Shown: in pieces, positions 23,787 through 33,027 of the stretch
Numbering within the stretch: the first letter of the stretch is position 1
Layout of the letters: every line of letters starts with the position of its first letter
IMG/VR virus record: IMGVR_UViG_3300030606_000260
Span: 1-33,415 of that record
DNA length: 33,415 nucleotides
From: a virus
Taxonomy: Duplodnaviria; Caudoviricetes
Strand: one strand, 5' to 3'
Position numbers and translations under genes: made by a program
The notes under the pieces: model-generated
What the model saw: only the letters and a program-made list of their open reading frames with translations
Database searches by the model: none
Told to the model about the DNA's origin: nothing

Positions 23787-25560
23787 TCCTGCGACGCGTT
23801 GGGCGCTCGATGTCATCGAGGGCAAGATCATTGCAGGTGAATTTGTTCGGGCGGCTTGCGAGCGTCATGTCAGGGATCTGCAGAACGGACATGAACGCGG
23901 GCTCATCTGGAATCCGGAGAAGGCGCAGCATGCGCTGAATTTCTTTCCGGCCTGCCTGTCGGTAACGGCGGGCGTCGCCGAAGGTAAGCCATTCGAACTT
24001 CTGCCGTGGCACATATTCGTTGTCGGCTCGCAGTTCGGTTGGATGAAGGAAAGCGGACGCCTTCGTTTTCGTCGAAGCTGGATCGAGACGGGCAAGGGGC
24101 AGGCAAAGTCACCGCTGATGGCCGCGATCGGGCTTTATCTGCTCGGCTATTACGGCATCAAGCGGTCGGAAGTTTATGCGATCGGCCAGGATCGTAACGT
24201 CGCAAACGTGCTGTTTCGTGATGCCGTGGCTATGTGTCGGGCTCCGGTGCCTGGCGGCGATGAAGGTGACACGCTGGAGATGATGGGCGAGGTCGTGTTG
24301 CGTGGCACGCTCGATAATACGTGGAAGATTGAACATCCTGAAACTGGTTCAAAATTTCAACCCATCGCCAATGGCGAAGCGATTTCAGGGCCGCGGCCGA
24401 CTGCTGTGTTCGCTGACGAAATCCATGAATTCAAGAGCGACGCGTCGATTGAGACCTGGAATCGAGCCATCACCAAGATGCCGGGCGACGCGATGATGAT
24501 GCTGGGCACTAACACGCCGGCGAGCACTCAGATCGTTGGAACAAATTACAGCGATTTTTTCCAGCGCGTGGCCAAGGGCGAGGTCGATGACGATGAGGCG
24601 TTTGGCTTCATCGCGCGCGTCGACAAAAAGGACCGTGAAAAGGTTTTCGAGAATGAGGATTGCTGGCAGAAGGCGTTGCCGGCGCTCGATATCACCTTTC
24701 CGCGTGAGAACATCCGCGGCGAGGTCAACACGGCGCGCGTGCTGCTGTCGACGGCCATGTCGGTCAAACGGCTTTATTTCGGCATCCCGACAGGCGCGGT
24801 CGATTTCTGGATTGATGAGGAAGCCTGGTCAGACGTTCAGGGTGTTGTCGATCCGGAAGAGATGCGCGGCTTGCGCTGCTGGTTGTCGCTCGACCTATCG
24901 CAGAAAAACGACCTCACCAGTCTTACCGCGATCTGGGAAGATGAACACGGCCACCTTTACGCTTTCACCTGGTACTGGACGACGCAGGTCGGACTTGAAG
25001 ACCGCGCCAAGCGCGACAGCGCACCCTATGCGCGGTGGGTGCAGGAAGGGCGGCTTATTCCCGTTCCAGGGCCGGTTATCGACAAGACGTTCGTCGCGGC
25101 ACAAGTTGCAGAGATCGTCGCGGCTCATGACGTGCAGTGCCTGGCCTTTGATCCGGCCGGCATCGGGGATTTCATCAAGGCATGCGATGAAGTCGGCCTT
25201 GACGTCTGGCGTTTCGAAGGCGCCGACAAGCCGGAAGGCCGCGGCTTGAAGCTAATGCCGCATGCACAAGGCACGCGCGTCATTTTTGAGGATAAGCAGC
25301 TTTGCATGCCCCGCTCGATTGAGCGCCTTGAGGATGCGATTCTGGACAAGCAGATCACGGTCGACAATTCGCCGGTCACCTACAGCTGCGCGGCCAATGC
25401 CGCGCTTGTCGTTGACGGCATGAAGAACCGCGCATTCGATAAAAAGCGCTCGCGCGGGCGCATTGACGGCCTGGTGACGCTCGCGATGGCGGCCGGCGCG
25501 GCGATGGTGACGATCGACAGTAATCGCCAGTTCATCACCAGCAGGGTCACGCTCGTTTGA
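23731..25560 (+). CDS. terL: Terminase large subunit
   Basis: AACERH, FELLPWH, ETGKGQAKSP (Walker A), VFADEIHE (Walker B), LSLDLSQKNDLT, AFDP, RIDGLVTLAMA. Confidence 0.95.
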   Translation: MTGKRGRQTPISRNQFPDDPATRWALDVIEGKIIAGEFVRAACERHVRDLQNGHERGLIWNPEKAQHALNFFPACLSVTAGVAEGKPFELLPWHIFVVGSQFGWMKESGRLRFRRSWIETGKGQAKSPLMAAIGLYLLGYYGIKRSEVYAIGQDRNVANVLFRDAVAMCRAPVPGGDEGDTLEMMGEVVLRGTLDNTWKIEHPETGSKFQPIANGEAISGPRPTAVFADEIHEFKSDASIETWNRAITKMPGDAMMMLGTNTPASTQIVGTNYSDFFQRVAKGEVDDDEAFGFIARVDKKDREKVFENEDCWQKALPALDITFPRENIRGEVNTARVLLSTAMSVKRLYFGIPTGAVDFWIDEEAWSDVQGVVDPEEMRGLRCWLSLDLSQKNDLTSLTAIWEDEHGHLYAFTWYWTTQVGLEDRAKRDSAPYARWVQEGRLIPVPGPVIDKTFVAAQVAEIVAAHDVQCLAFDPAGIGDFIKACDEVGLDVWRFEGADKPEGRGLKLMPHAQGTRVIFEDKQLCMPRSIERLEDAILDKQITVDNSPVTYSCAANAALVVDGMKNRAFDKKRSRGRIDGLVTLAMAAGAAMVTIDSNRQFITSRVTLV

Positions 25561-26948
25561 GGATTTTCGGCTTCGACATTTCGCTTTCCCGCAAGTCATC
25601 GGGTGAGACGATCGATTCCGTCCTGCGCCGGCTGATTTCGGCGAATGAGTCGTATTCTGGCATCACCGTCACGCCTGAAAACTGCATGCAGTCGACGACG
25701 GTGAACGCTGTCGTCACTGCGGTTTCGCGGCGCATCGCCAGTCTGCCGGTGCGCGTGCTTAAGCGCGTGGTAGTGGATGGCGAGCCTGCGCGCGTACGCA
25801 AGGAAGTGCAGCCGAACCATCCGGTAATGCGGTTGCTGTCGGAACCGAACCGGTGGTCCGACCGCACGACGTTCTGGCTCGATGCGACCAGCCGGGTCAT
25901 GCGTTATGGCAATCTGTATTATTTCAAGGCGCGGGGTGTGACCGGGCCAATTCGTGAGTTGCAGCCGCTTCATCCCGGTGGCGTCGAAATCAGTCAGGAT
26001 TCTGAAACGCTTGATCTGACGTATCGCGCTACGCTTGCAAACGGCGCTTACAGGGTGTTTCGGCCGGACCAGGTGCTGCATGCGCGCGGCACGGCGCGTG
26101 ATGGCATCAAGGGCGATAGTCCGATCCGCGATATTCGCGAGACAATCGCGCTTGAAATCACGGCCGAGCGCATGGGTGCCAGCGTGTTCGGTAATAGTGC
26201 GATGCCGTCGCTCATCTTCAAGCATGCAACGCTATCGCGCGGCTTTAAAAACGACGAAGAAGAAAAAGCCTTTATCGACGACTTTCAGGCCGCCTATTCG
26301 AAGAAAGGTCGGTTCAAGTCGATGATCGTGCCGTTCGGTATGGATATCGATACGATCGATATCGACAACGAAAAGGCGCAGTTTCTTGCGACGCGGCAAT
26401 ATCAGCGCACGGTGATTGCCGGCGCGTTCGGCGTGCCGCCGCACCTGGTCGGCGATTTGTCCCGCGGCACGTTCAACAATGTCGAGCAGCAATCCCTCGA
26501 TTTCGTCATCAACGTCGTTCTGCCTTACGCGCGCATGCTTGAGGCGGCGATGGAGCGCTCGTTGCTCACGCCTGAAGACCGACGCGCCGGCATCATCATC
26601 CGGTTCAACCTCGATGCGGCGCTACGCGGCGATTTCAAATCGCGGCAGGAAGGCCTCAACATTCAGCGCCAGGCCGGTGTCATCAACGCCAACGACTGGC
26701 GTGAGCATGAGGATATGAACCCGATTTCCGAAGAGGATGGCGGCGAAGAGTATTGGCGCAAGGGGCCGTCCGGCCAGAGCGCCGAGCCGCCGGCCAACGG
26801 AAATAGCGCGCCTGCGGATGGTGCAGACGAGAATGCGGAAGCTGAGACCGAGGCAGCAGCAAAGGCTGCCACGTTCAAGATGATGAGCGCGCTCAGATGG
26901 ACGGCGACAATGGCGAGGGCCGTCGCAGAAGACAGGAAATCACAATGA
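25557..26948 (+). CDS. HK97-family portal protein
   Basis: IASLP, GNLY, LQPLHP, QVLHAR, GDSPI, AQFLATRQY..IAGAFGVPPHLVG, FNNVEQQ, FNLDAALRGD. Confidence 0.95.
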   Translation: MRIFGFDISLSRKSSGETIDSVLRRLISANESYSGITVTPENCMQSTTVNAVVTAVSRRIASLPVRVLKRVVVDGEPARVRKEVQPNHPVMRLLSEPNRWSDRTTFWLDATSRVMRYGNLYYFKARGVTGPIRELQPLHPGGVEISQDSETLDLTYRATLANGAYRVFRPDQVLHARGTARDGIKGDSPIRDIRETIALEITAERMGASVFGNSAMPSLIFKHATLSRGFKNDEEEKAFIDDFQAAYSKKGRFKSMIVPFGMDIDTIDIDNEKAQFLATRQYQRTVIAGAFGVPPHLVGDLSRGTFNNVEQQSLDFVINVVLPYARMLEAAMERSLLTPEDRRAGIIIRFNLDAALRGDFKSRQEGLNIQRQAGVINANDWREHEDMNPISEEDGGEEYWRKGPSGQSAEPPANGNSAPADGADENAEAETEAAAKAATFKMMSALRWTATMARAVAEDRKSQ

Positions 26949-27655
26949 CGATGAAGCTTGATTTCAGCCTCGATCTCAAGGCGCTCAAGGAGCGTGAATT
27001 CGAAGGTTACGGCAGCGTCTTTGGCAATGTCGACCTTGGCGGCGATGTGGTTGTCCGAGGCGCATTCAAGCGAACGCTAGCCGCACACAAGAAGGCCGGT
27101 ACGATGCCGGGCCTGTTCTGGATGCATGATCCGTCGCAGGTTGCTGGCGCCTGGAAAGAGATGCGTGAAGATGAGAAGGGCCTTTATGTCAAAGGCGTTC
27201 TTGCTGATACGCAGCTTGGCAATGAAATTCGCACATTGCTCGGCATGAAGGCTGTTCGTGGCCTGTCGATCGGCTTTCGGACGCTTGATCGAGATTTCGC
27301 TGATGATGGCACGCGCCTGTTGAAGGAAATCGAGCTTTGGGAAGTCTCGATTGTCTCGCTGGCGATGAATCCGCTCGCGGATGTCAGTAGCGTGAAAACA
27401 AGACTTTCGGCTTTCGGTGAGTATGTTCCGGAAGCCAGGGAATTCGAGCGGCTCCTGCGGGATGCTGGATGCAGCCGAAAGGTGGCGACGGCCATAACGT
27501 CGCGAGTGTTCGACACTGAGGGCTCAAGCGGGATGCTTGACGATCCTCACCAGAGGGATTCTGGCGCTGTCGATGAGGATGAAATCGCATCTGCATTGAC
27601 CAAAAGCGATGAGCTGTCTGGTCGCATTCTTGCTGGATGCTTTCGAAAATTCTAA
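26945..27655 (+). CDS. HK97-family prohead protease
   Basis: FEGYGSVFGNVDLGGDVV.RGAF, WMHD, EDEKGLYVKG, GLSIGF, LWEVSIVSLAMNP. Confidence 0.95.
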   Translation: MTMKLDFSLDLKALKEREFEGYGSVFGNVDLGGDVVVRGAFKRTLAAHKKAGTMPGLFWMHDPSQVAGAWKEMREDEKGLYVKGVLADTQLGNEIRTLLGMKAVRGLSIGFRTLDRDFADDGTRLLKEIELWEVSIVSLAMNPLADVSSVKTRLSAFGEYVPEAREFERLLRDAGCSRKVATAITSRVFDTEGSSGMLDDPHQRDSGAVDEDEIASALTKSDELSGRILAGCFRKF

Positions 27656-27674
27656 TCATAAGGATTAAAATGCT

Positions 27675-28982
27675 ATGAGTTCCATGGCTGAAATCCTGCG
27701 CGCCATCCAGAATCAGGGTGAGGCTTTCGAGGCTTACCAGCAGACGAACGATGAGCGGTTGCAGGCAATCAAGGAAGGCAAGGACGGCCTTGCCACGCAG
27801 CTTGAAGAAAAGCTCGGGAAGATCAACGCCGACCTGAACAAGTGGGGTGAGCTGAAAACCAAGCTTGAGCAGGAAATGGAATTCCAGCGCGAACGGCTGG
27901 AAATTCTTGAGTCTCGCGCCACTAATTCCGGCAAGACTGCTCATGAGCAGGTGCAGGACGAATATAAAACCGTCTTCACCGACTGGATCCGGGCCAAGGG
28001 GCAGTCTGCTGTGCTTGAAGGCCAGATGCAGGAGATCGGCAAGAAGGCGAAAAAGGAATTCAAGGACGTCACTATCGGTTCCGATATCGGCGGCGGCTTT
28101 GCGGTTCCGGAAGACATCTCGCGCATGATCGAAAAGCTCGAGCTGATCTTCTCGCCGGTGCGGCGTCTCGTGAAGGTCGTGAATACTTCTACCAGCGATT
28201 ACAAGGAACTCGTATCGCTTCGCGGCGCGGGGTCCGGCTGGATTGGTGAGAGCGGGACACGTTCGGCAACGGCCTCGCCGACGCTTCGTCAGCGCACGCC
28301 GACGCACGGCGAGCTCTATGCTTATCCGCAAGTCTCTGAATGGGCGCTCGATGACGTCTTTTTCAACGTCGATGAGTGGCTTGCAAACGAGATTGCGGAT
28401 GAGTTTGCCTATCAGGAAGGCCAGGCCGTCATCGATGGCAACGGCACCAATCGTCCGACCGGTATGCTGAACACCACGCCGACGCTCGGTGAGGACTTCG
28501 GTTCGCCGCTTCGCGACGCCGACGCCTATGAGTATGTCGTTTCCGACACCGACGTCGACGCTTCGCCGTCTGCGCCGAATGTCCGCAGTGATAGCCTCAT
28601 CGATCTGGTCTACAAGCTGCGGACGTCTTACCGGGCTCGCGCGGTCTGGGTCATGAATTCGACTACGACCGGATCTGTGCGTAAGCTCAAGACGAGTGAC
28701 GGTGTCTATCACTGGCAGCCGTCTCTGATTGCCGGACAGCCTGACATGTTGCTCGGCTATCCGATCGAGACCTGGGAACAGATGCCGGACATTGGCGCTG
28801 GAAACTTCCCGATCGGCTTCGGCGACTGGTCGCGGGCTTATGTCCTGGTGAATCGTGTCGGTCTTCGCATTCTTCGCGATCCGTACAGTCAGCCGGGCTT
28901 TGTCCGCTTCTATGTAAGACGAAGAGAAGGCGGCACCGTCTTGAACAATGATGCGGCCAAGTTTTTGCGTACAATAGATTAA
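27675..28982 (+). CDS. HK97-family major capsid protein
   Basis: Coiled-coil delta domain; GGFAVPE, SPVRRL, GWIGE, GNGTNRPTGML, WVMN, LKTSDG.YHWQP, LLGYPI, FGDW, LRDPYS, RREGG. Confidence 0.96.
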   Translation: MSSMAEILRAIQNQGEAFEAYQQTNDERLQAIKEGKDGLATQLEEKLGKINADLNKWGELKTKLEQEMEFQRERLEILESRATNSGKTAHEQVQDEYKTVFTDWIRAKGQSAVLEGQMQEIGKKAKKEFKDVTIGSDIGGGFAVPEDISRMIEKLELIFSPVRRLVKVVNTSTSDYKELVSLRGAGSGWIGESGTRSATASPTLRQRTPTHGELYAYPQVSEWALDDVFFNVDEWLANEIADEFAYQEGQAVIDGNGTNRPTGMLNTTPTLGEDFGSPLRDADAYEYVVSDTDVDASPSAPNVRSDSLIDLVYKLRTSYRARAVWVMNSTTTGSVRKLKTSDGVYHWQPSLIAGQPDMLLGYPIETWEQMPDIGAGNFPIGFGDWSRAYVLVNRVGLRILRDPYSQPGFVRFYVRRREGGTVLNNDAAKFLRTID

Positions 28983-28999
28983 GTACTGTGAAGTATATA

Positions 29000-29029
29000 T
29001 CGCTAGCTATAAAGTATTATAGCTAGCGA
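29000..29029. terminator. Perfect 13-bp inverted repeat after the capsid gene
   Basis: TCGCTAGCTATAA-AGTA-TTATAGCTAGCGA; no classic U-tract. Confidence 0.5.
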
Positions 29030-29044
29030 ATACATTAGTTTAAT

Positions 29045-29875
29045 TTGAGTATTCAGTTTGAATTACCTGACAATACAAAGAAATGCACAAAATGTGCACG
29101 CGTTCAAGGCATTGAAGAATTCGAGTGTCGAAAGGGTTCTTTCGATGGTCGTCAAACTATATGTCGTGATTGCTGCACGATGCGTAGGTATGGAAGACCC
29201 AGAAAGACAAAAAACTTCAGAATTTTGAATGATGTGAAACTAAAGACGTGCACGCGTTGTGAAATTGAAATGATCGCTTGTTTAGATAATTTTTCATTAC
29301 AGAAAAAGGGTGCATTTGGGTTCCGCTCGATGTGCAAGCCGTGTTGGTCTCAATACATAATGGAACGCAATAAAATTACTGATCCTACGAATGAGCGTGT
29401 GAAGGCTTGGCGACGCAAAAACCGCGAAAAGCATAACGAATATGCGAAAACATCACGCTTAAGACGAAATGCTGATTCTGCTCGACTTGGAAATCACAGG
29501 AAATGGGTTCGTGAATATTGTCGAACGCGGCGCTCAGCAAATCCACAATTGCGTTTTCTAGAATCTGTCCGCACACAAATCAACATGATTGTCCGCGGCA
29601 GATTCGATGGTCGTGGCCTGCTCCGACGCCTCGGTTATTCACGCGAGGAATTAATTACCCATATCGAGCGGCAATTTTCCAAAGGCATGTCCTGGGATAA
29701 TTATGGCGGTAGATGTCAGCGGCATGGCTGGGAAATCGATCACATCCGCCCTTGCGCGCTGTTTGATTTGAGCAATGAAGATGAATTTCGTGAGTGCTGG
29801 TCGCTTACGAATTTGCGCCCTTTATGGAGTGTGCGTAACCGCAGCAAGGGCGCTAAATTAGAGCTGCTTCTATAA
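29045..29875 (+). CDS. Free-standing HNH homing endonuclease
   Basis: Two KxCxxC..F..CxxC modules; HIERQFSKGMSWDNYG..WEIDHIRP..FDL..CWSLTNLRPLW..NRSKG; AT-rich. Confidence 0.85.
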   Translation: MSIQFELPDNTKKCTKCARVQGIEEFECRKGSFDGRQTICRDCCTMRRYGRPRKTKNFRILNDVKLKTCTRCEIEMIACLDNFSLQKKGAFGFRSMCKPCWSQYIMERNKITDPTNERVKAWRRKNREKHNEYAKTSRLRRNADSARLGNHRKWVREYCRTRRSANPQLRFLESVRTQINMIVRGRFDGRGLLRRLGYSREELITHIERQFSKGMSWDNYGGRCQRHGWEIDHIRPCALFDLSNEDEFRECWSLTNLRPLWSVRNRSKGAKLELLL

Positions 29876-29952
29876 ATCCGTTGACTGTCGTTTGAAGTTC
29901 CAACCTACACCAAAGGAGGATATGGGGCGGTGCGAGCCGCCCCTCGCTCATC

Positions 29953-30321
29953 ATGTCAATTCTCAAACTCACAAAAAGCTGGATTGCTCCGCACGGGCGT
30001 CTGAAACCCGGCGAATATCGGATTCCGGACAAGATCAGCCGGGCGCACGCGCAGTGCGCGGTCATTGACGGCGCTGGCCATATTGTCAAAGCAAGCGTCG
30101 TTGAAAAGCCTAAAGAAGAAGAAAAACCGCGTGCGCGCGGCCGGCCTGCAGGACGACGCAAAGCTGTCGCGCCAGAAAACAAGCTGCTCAATTCCGCTCC
30201 GGAAAATAAGTCCGAAGTGGACGGGGCGGCCGGTGATAGTGGCGGCGACGGGGCCGAGCCTGACGCCGGAAGTGGCAGCGATCTGCCGGGCGAGCTGCCT
30301 GCCGACGATAGCGGTCAATGA
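29953..30321 (+). CDS. Small post-capsid protein with APENK repeats
   Basis: 122 aa; APENK twice; occupies the slot normally directly after the capsid gene. Confidence 0.65.
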   Translation: MSILKLTKSWIAPHGRLKPGEYRIPDKISRAHAQCAVIDGAGHIVKASVVEKPKEEEKPRARGRPAGRRKAVAPENKLLNSAPENKSEVDGAAGDSGGDGAEPDAGSGSDLPGELPADDSGQ

Positions 30322-30832
30322 TGCATATCGGCTCATGCCATGGGCCGATATGCTTTACGCCTGCGATGAAATGTGGTGGCGCCACCATGGCGGATGTCCG
30401 GACTTCGCTGGTGAAAAATGGTCATCACACGGATTAAAGAAGCACAATGACAAGGTCAATGCTGCTGAGCGTTACGGGCTCAATCTCGTCGCTGGTCGCG
30501 ATGAAATCGGCTTTTCGCTGGATCCGGACGTCATTCACTACGGTTCGAATTCCGGTTTTCAGGCGCTTAATATCGCGATCCTGACATGCGGCAATCCGAT
30601 CATTCTCGTTGGCTTCAACATGCAGGCGATCGGCAAGCGCCGGCATTTCTTCGGCGATCATCCGGCGGGGCTTCGCAACACCGCCGATTACCGGAGTTTT
30701 ACCAGGCATTTCGAGCGAGCTGCGCGACGATTGCCGGCGGACATCAGGATTTGGAACGCGACTCCGGACAGCGCTTTGACATGTTTTCCCAAGGTCGAAT
30801 TGAATGACGCAATTGCAGCCGCTAGCGCTTAG
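30233..30832 (+). CDS. Maf/MptE(DUF115)-like putative glycosyltransferase (start uncertain; frame open from 30065)
   Basis: VIVAATGPSL, TIAVNDA, ADMLYACD, NSGFQALNIAILTCGNPIILVGFNM, HFFG, IWNAT. This motif order matches the Maf/MptE-like and CstII-like fold. Confidence 0.7.
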   Translation: MIVAATGPSLTPEVAAICRASCLPTIAVNDAYRLMPWADMLYACDEMWWRHHGGCPDFAGEKWSSHGLKKHNDKVNAAERYGLNLVAGRDEIGFSLDPDVIHYGSNSGFQALNIAILTCGNPIILVGFNMQAIGKRRHFFGDHPAGLRNTADYRSFTRHFERAARRLPADIRIWNATPDSALTCFPKVELNDAIAAASA

Positions 30833-31424
30833 CGTTTCGGCGCTCGATGTGTCGCCGTTGCCGCTCGATTTGAGCCTTGTGAAGGATCATCTCGCCGTCA
30901 TCGATGACGACAGCAACGCGCTGATCGAGAAATATATTCTCGCTGCCATTCATTGGGCCGAAGGCGCGATGCGCCGCACGATCTATTCGCGGTCGCACAC
31001 ATGGGTGCTGAAGGATTTTCCGTGCGAGCGAATTCGCCTGCCGCGCGGCAAGACGCAGAGCGTCGATAGCATCGTTTATTCACTGAATGGCGCGCTCACG
31101 ACGCTTTACGGACCGTCATCGTCTGAATCGCCTGCGACGGCAGGGTTTCAGGAAGATCTGACTGGCGACAATGGCGGTGTGCTCATGCCGTTGCGCGGCG
31201 AAAGCTGGCCGTCTGGCGACTATGACGTGCCAGCGCCGGTAACGATCACGTTCACGGCCGGATGGCTTGCCGCGGAAGTGCCTGCGGACATCGAGAATGC
31301 GCTGCTCTTTGCGGTCGCGGATGCGTTCGAGATGCGCGGAACGGGGGATCTTGGCGCGGGCGGTGCTCACTTCGAAACGCGCGAAGTCCTGATCAGCTCT
31401 TATCGCCTGAAGCGTTGGTATTGA
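30804..31424 (+). CDS. Head-tail connector (HK97 gp6-like)
   Basis: LSLVKDHLAV.DDDSNALIEKYILAAIHWAE, IRLPR, VTITFTAG, VPADIENALL..VA..FEMR, LISSYR. Confidence 0.88.
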   Translation: MTQLQPLALSVSALDVSPLPLDLSLVKDHLAVIDDDSNALIEKYILAAIHWAEGAMRRTIYSRSHTWVLKDFPCERIRLPRGKTQSVDSIVYSLNGALTTLYGPSSSESPATAGFQEDLTGDNGGVLMPLRGESWPSGDYDVPAPVTITFTAGWLAAEVPADIENALLFAVADAFEMRGTGDLGAGGAHFETREVLISSYRLKRWY

Positions 31425-32221
31425 TGGCGCATGTGCATTGCCTGATCCGGTCGATGCCGCATTACCGGCGCGATGCGTTCTTTGCCGGCTTCAAGCGGCT
31501 CGGCTTCACGATCGACGACATGCCCGGCCGCGAACCGAAGGTGAGGCCGACGGATGTCCTGGTTGTCTGGAACCGCTACGGCGTTTTCGACGCGCAGGCC
31601 AAGCTGTTCACCAGGCGAGGCGCGACGGTCATCGTCGCCGAGAACGGCTATCTGCCGATGAGGCGCACGAAAAAGGCTTTCGCGCTGTCGCTCTGGCACC
31701 ATAACGGTGCCGGCGTATGGCCGGAGATGGAAAGCCGCGCGCATCTGCTCGACGTCACGCTGAAGCCGTGGCGCCGGTCCGGCGATGAAATTCTCGTGCT
31801 GCCACAGCGCGGGATTGGACCGGAAGGCGTCGCCATGCCGAAGCGCTGGCAGGTCGATATCGAGCGGCTGTTGCGCAAGCGGAAATTCCGCGTCCGGCAG
31901 CATCCCGGCGTCAATGACGTCAAGCCGATCGAGCGGGACTTAGATCGCGTGAAATGCGCGGTGACCTGGGGCAGCGGCGCGGCGCTGAAGGCGCTTTGCG
32001 AGGGCGTGCCGGTCTTTCATGAATTCCCGAAGTGGATCGGCCGGTTCGGCGCGTGTCACGAATTCAGGCGTCTTGACGATGCCGATCTGCCGGGCTGCAT
32101 GGGCGATCGCGAAGCGATGCTCGACAATGTGTCGCGGGCGCAATGGAGCGTTGAGGAAGTCGAGACGGGCGAACCGTTTGCACGGCTGCTGCAGATGGCA
32201 GATCAGCGACAATGCGCGTAG
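31424..32221 (+). CDS. Putative GT-B glycosyltransferase, KpsS/KpsC-like, paralogue 1
   Basis: VIVAENGYL, LKPWR..GDEILVLPQ, RVRQHP, AVTWGSGAALKALCEGVPVF, AQWSVEEVETG. Confidence 0.65.
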   Translation: MAHVHCLIRSMPHYRRDAFFAGFKRLGFTIDDMPGREPKVRPTDVLVVWNRYGVFDAQAKLFTRRGATVIVAENGYLPMRRTKKAFALSLWHHNGAGVWPEMESRAHLLDVTLKPWRRSGDEILVLPQRGIGPEGVAMPKRWQVDIERLLRKRKFRVRQHPGVNDVKPIERDLDRVKCAVTWGSGAALKALCEGVPVFHEFPKWIGRFGACHEFRRLDDADLPGCMGDREAMLDNVSRAQWSVEEVETGEPFARLLQMADQRQCA

Positions 32222-33027
32222 CGCTGTATATGTGCGCCGGCAGCGGCAAGCGGGCGATCTATCTCGCCGATGCGATGCGCCAGGGCCTGCTCGAGCACGG
32301 CATCAAGTCGGAGCGGTACAACCGCTTCAAGGACGTCTGCGCCGATGTCGCGATTGCCTATGGCTGGTCGCACCGGGAGATTTTCAAGCAATACAAGGAA
32401 GCCGGTGCGCAATTTGCTTATTTCGATCTGGGCTACTGGAACAGGCGGCCGCCAACCATGCCGATGGATGGTCACTATCGCCTGGCCATGAACGATTGGG
32501 ACACAGCGACCAACATGCCGCGCGGCGTTCCTGACGATCGCCTGAAAACGCTCGAGGCCGAGTTGAAGCCGCGACAGAAGGGCCGGGACATCGTTATTGC
32601 GTGCATGTCCATCAAGGCAGTGAGAATTCACGGTTACGACTTTCGTGAATGGGAAAATGGCGTCAAGAAACAGGTCGAACAGTGGGGGCTGAATCATCCT
32701 GTCGTTTTGCGGGACAAGCCGAATAAGAAGACCAAGCCCATGCCGGCCATCGCCGATGTCCTGAAGACCGCGCATATGCTGATCACACATCACAGCAATG
32801 CCGCTATCGACGCCATCGTGAACGGCGTGCCGGTCTATGCGAAAAAAGGCGTCGGCTCGCTGGTGTCGCCTGCCGAGCTGACGAAGGAAAGCATTGAGAC
32901 GCCGTATTTCCCATCAGACGCCGACAGGAAGGCGTTTCTTGCCGATGTTGCCTATGCGCAATGGCAACCTGAAGAGATGCGCAGCGGCAAGGCGTGGGAC
33001 TTCATGAGGGCGCATCTGTGCGCATAG
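32212..33027 (+). CDS. Putative GT-B glycosyltransferase, KpsS/KpsC-like, paralogue 2
   Basis: AYFDLGYW, LKPRQKGRDIVI, LRDKP, LITHHSNAAIDAIVNGVPVY, AYAQWQPEEMRSG. Confidence 0.65.
   Translation: MRVALYMCAGSGKRAIYLADAMRQGLLEHGIKSERYNRFKDVCADVAIAYGWSHREIFKQYKEAGAQFAYFDLGYWNRRPPTMPMDGHYRLAMNDWDTATNMPRGVPDDRLKTLEAELKPRQKGRDIVIACMSIKAVRIHGYDFREWENGVKKQVEQWGLNHPVVLRDKPNKKTKPMPAIADVLKTAHMLITHHSNAAIDAIVNGVPVYAKKGVGSLVSPAELTKESIETPYFPSDADRKAFLADVAYAQWQPEEMRSGKAWDFMRAHLCA

Noticed and set aside
27384-28712. 442-aa antisense ORF opposite the capsid gene, and similar long antisense ORFs
   Set aside because: Expected by-product of high-GC codon bias; no motifs.
29030-29050. CtrA box (TTAA-N7-TTAA)
   Set aside because: No full consensus here or in the other intergenic regions inspected by eye.
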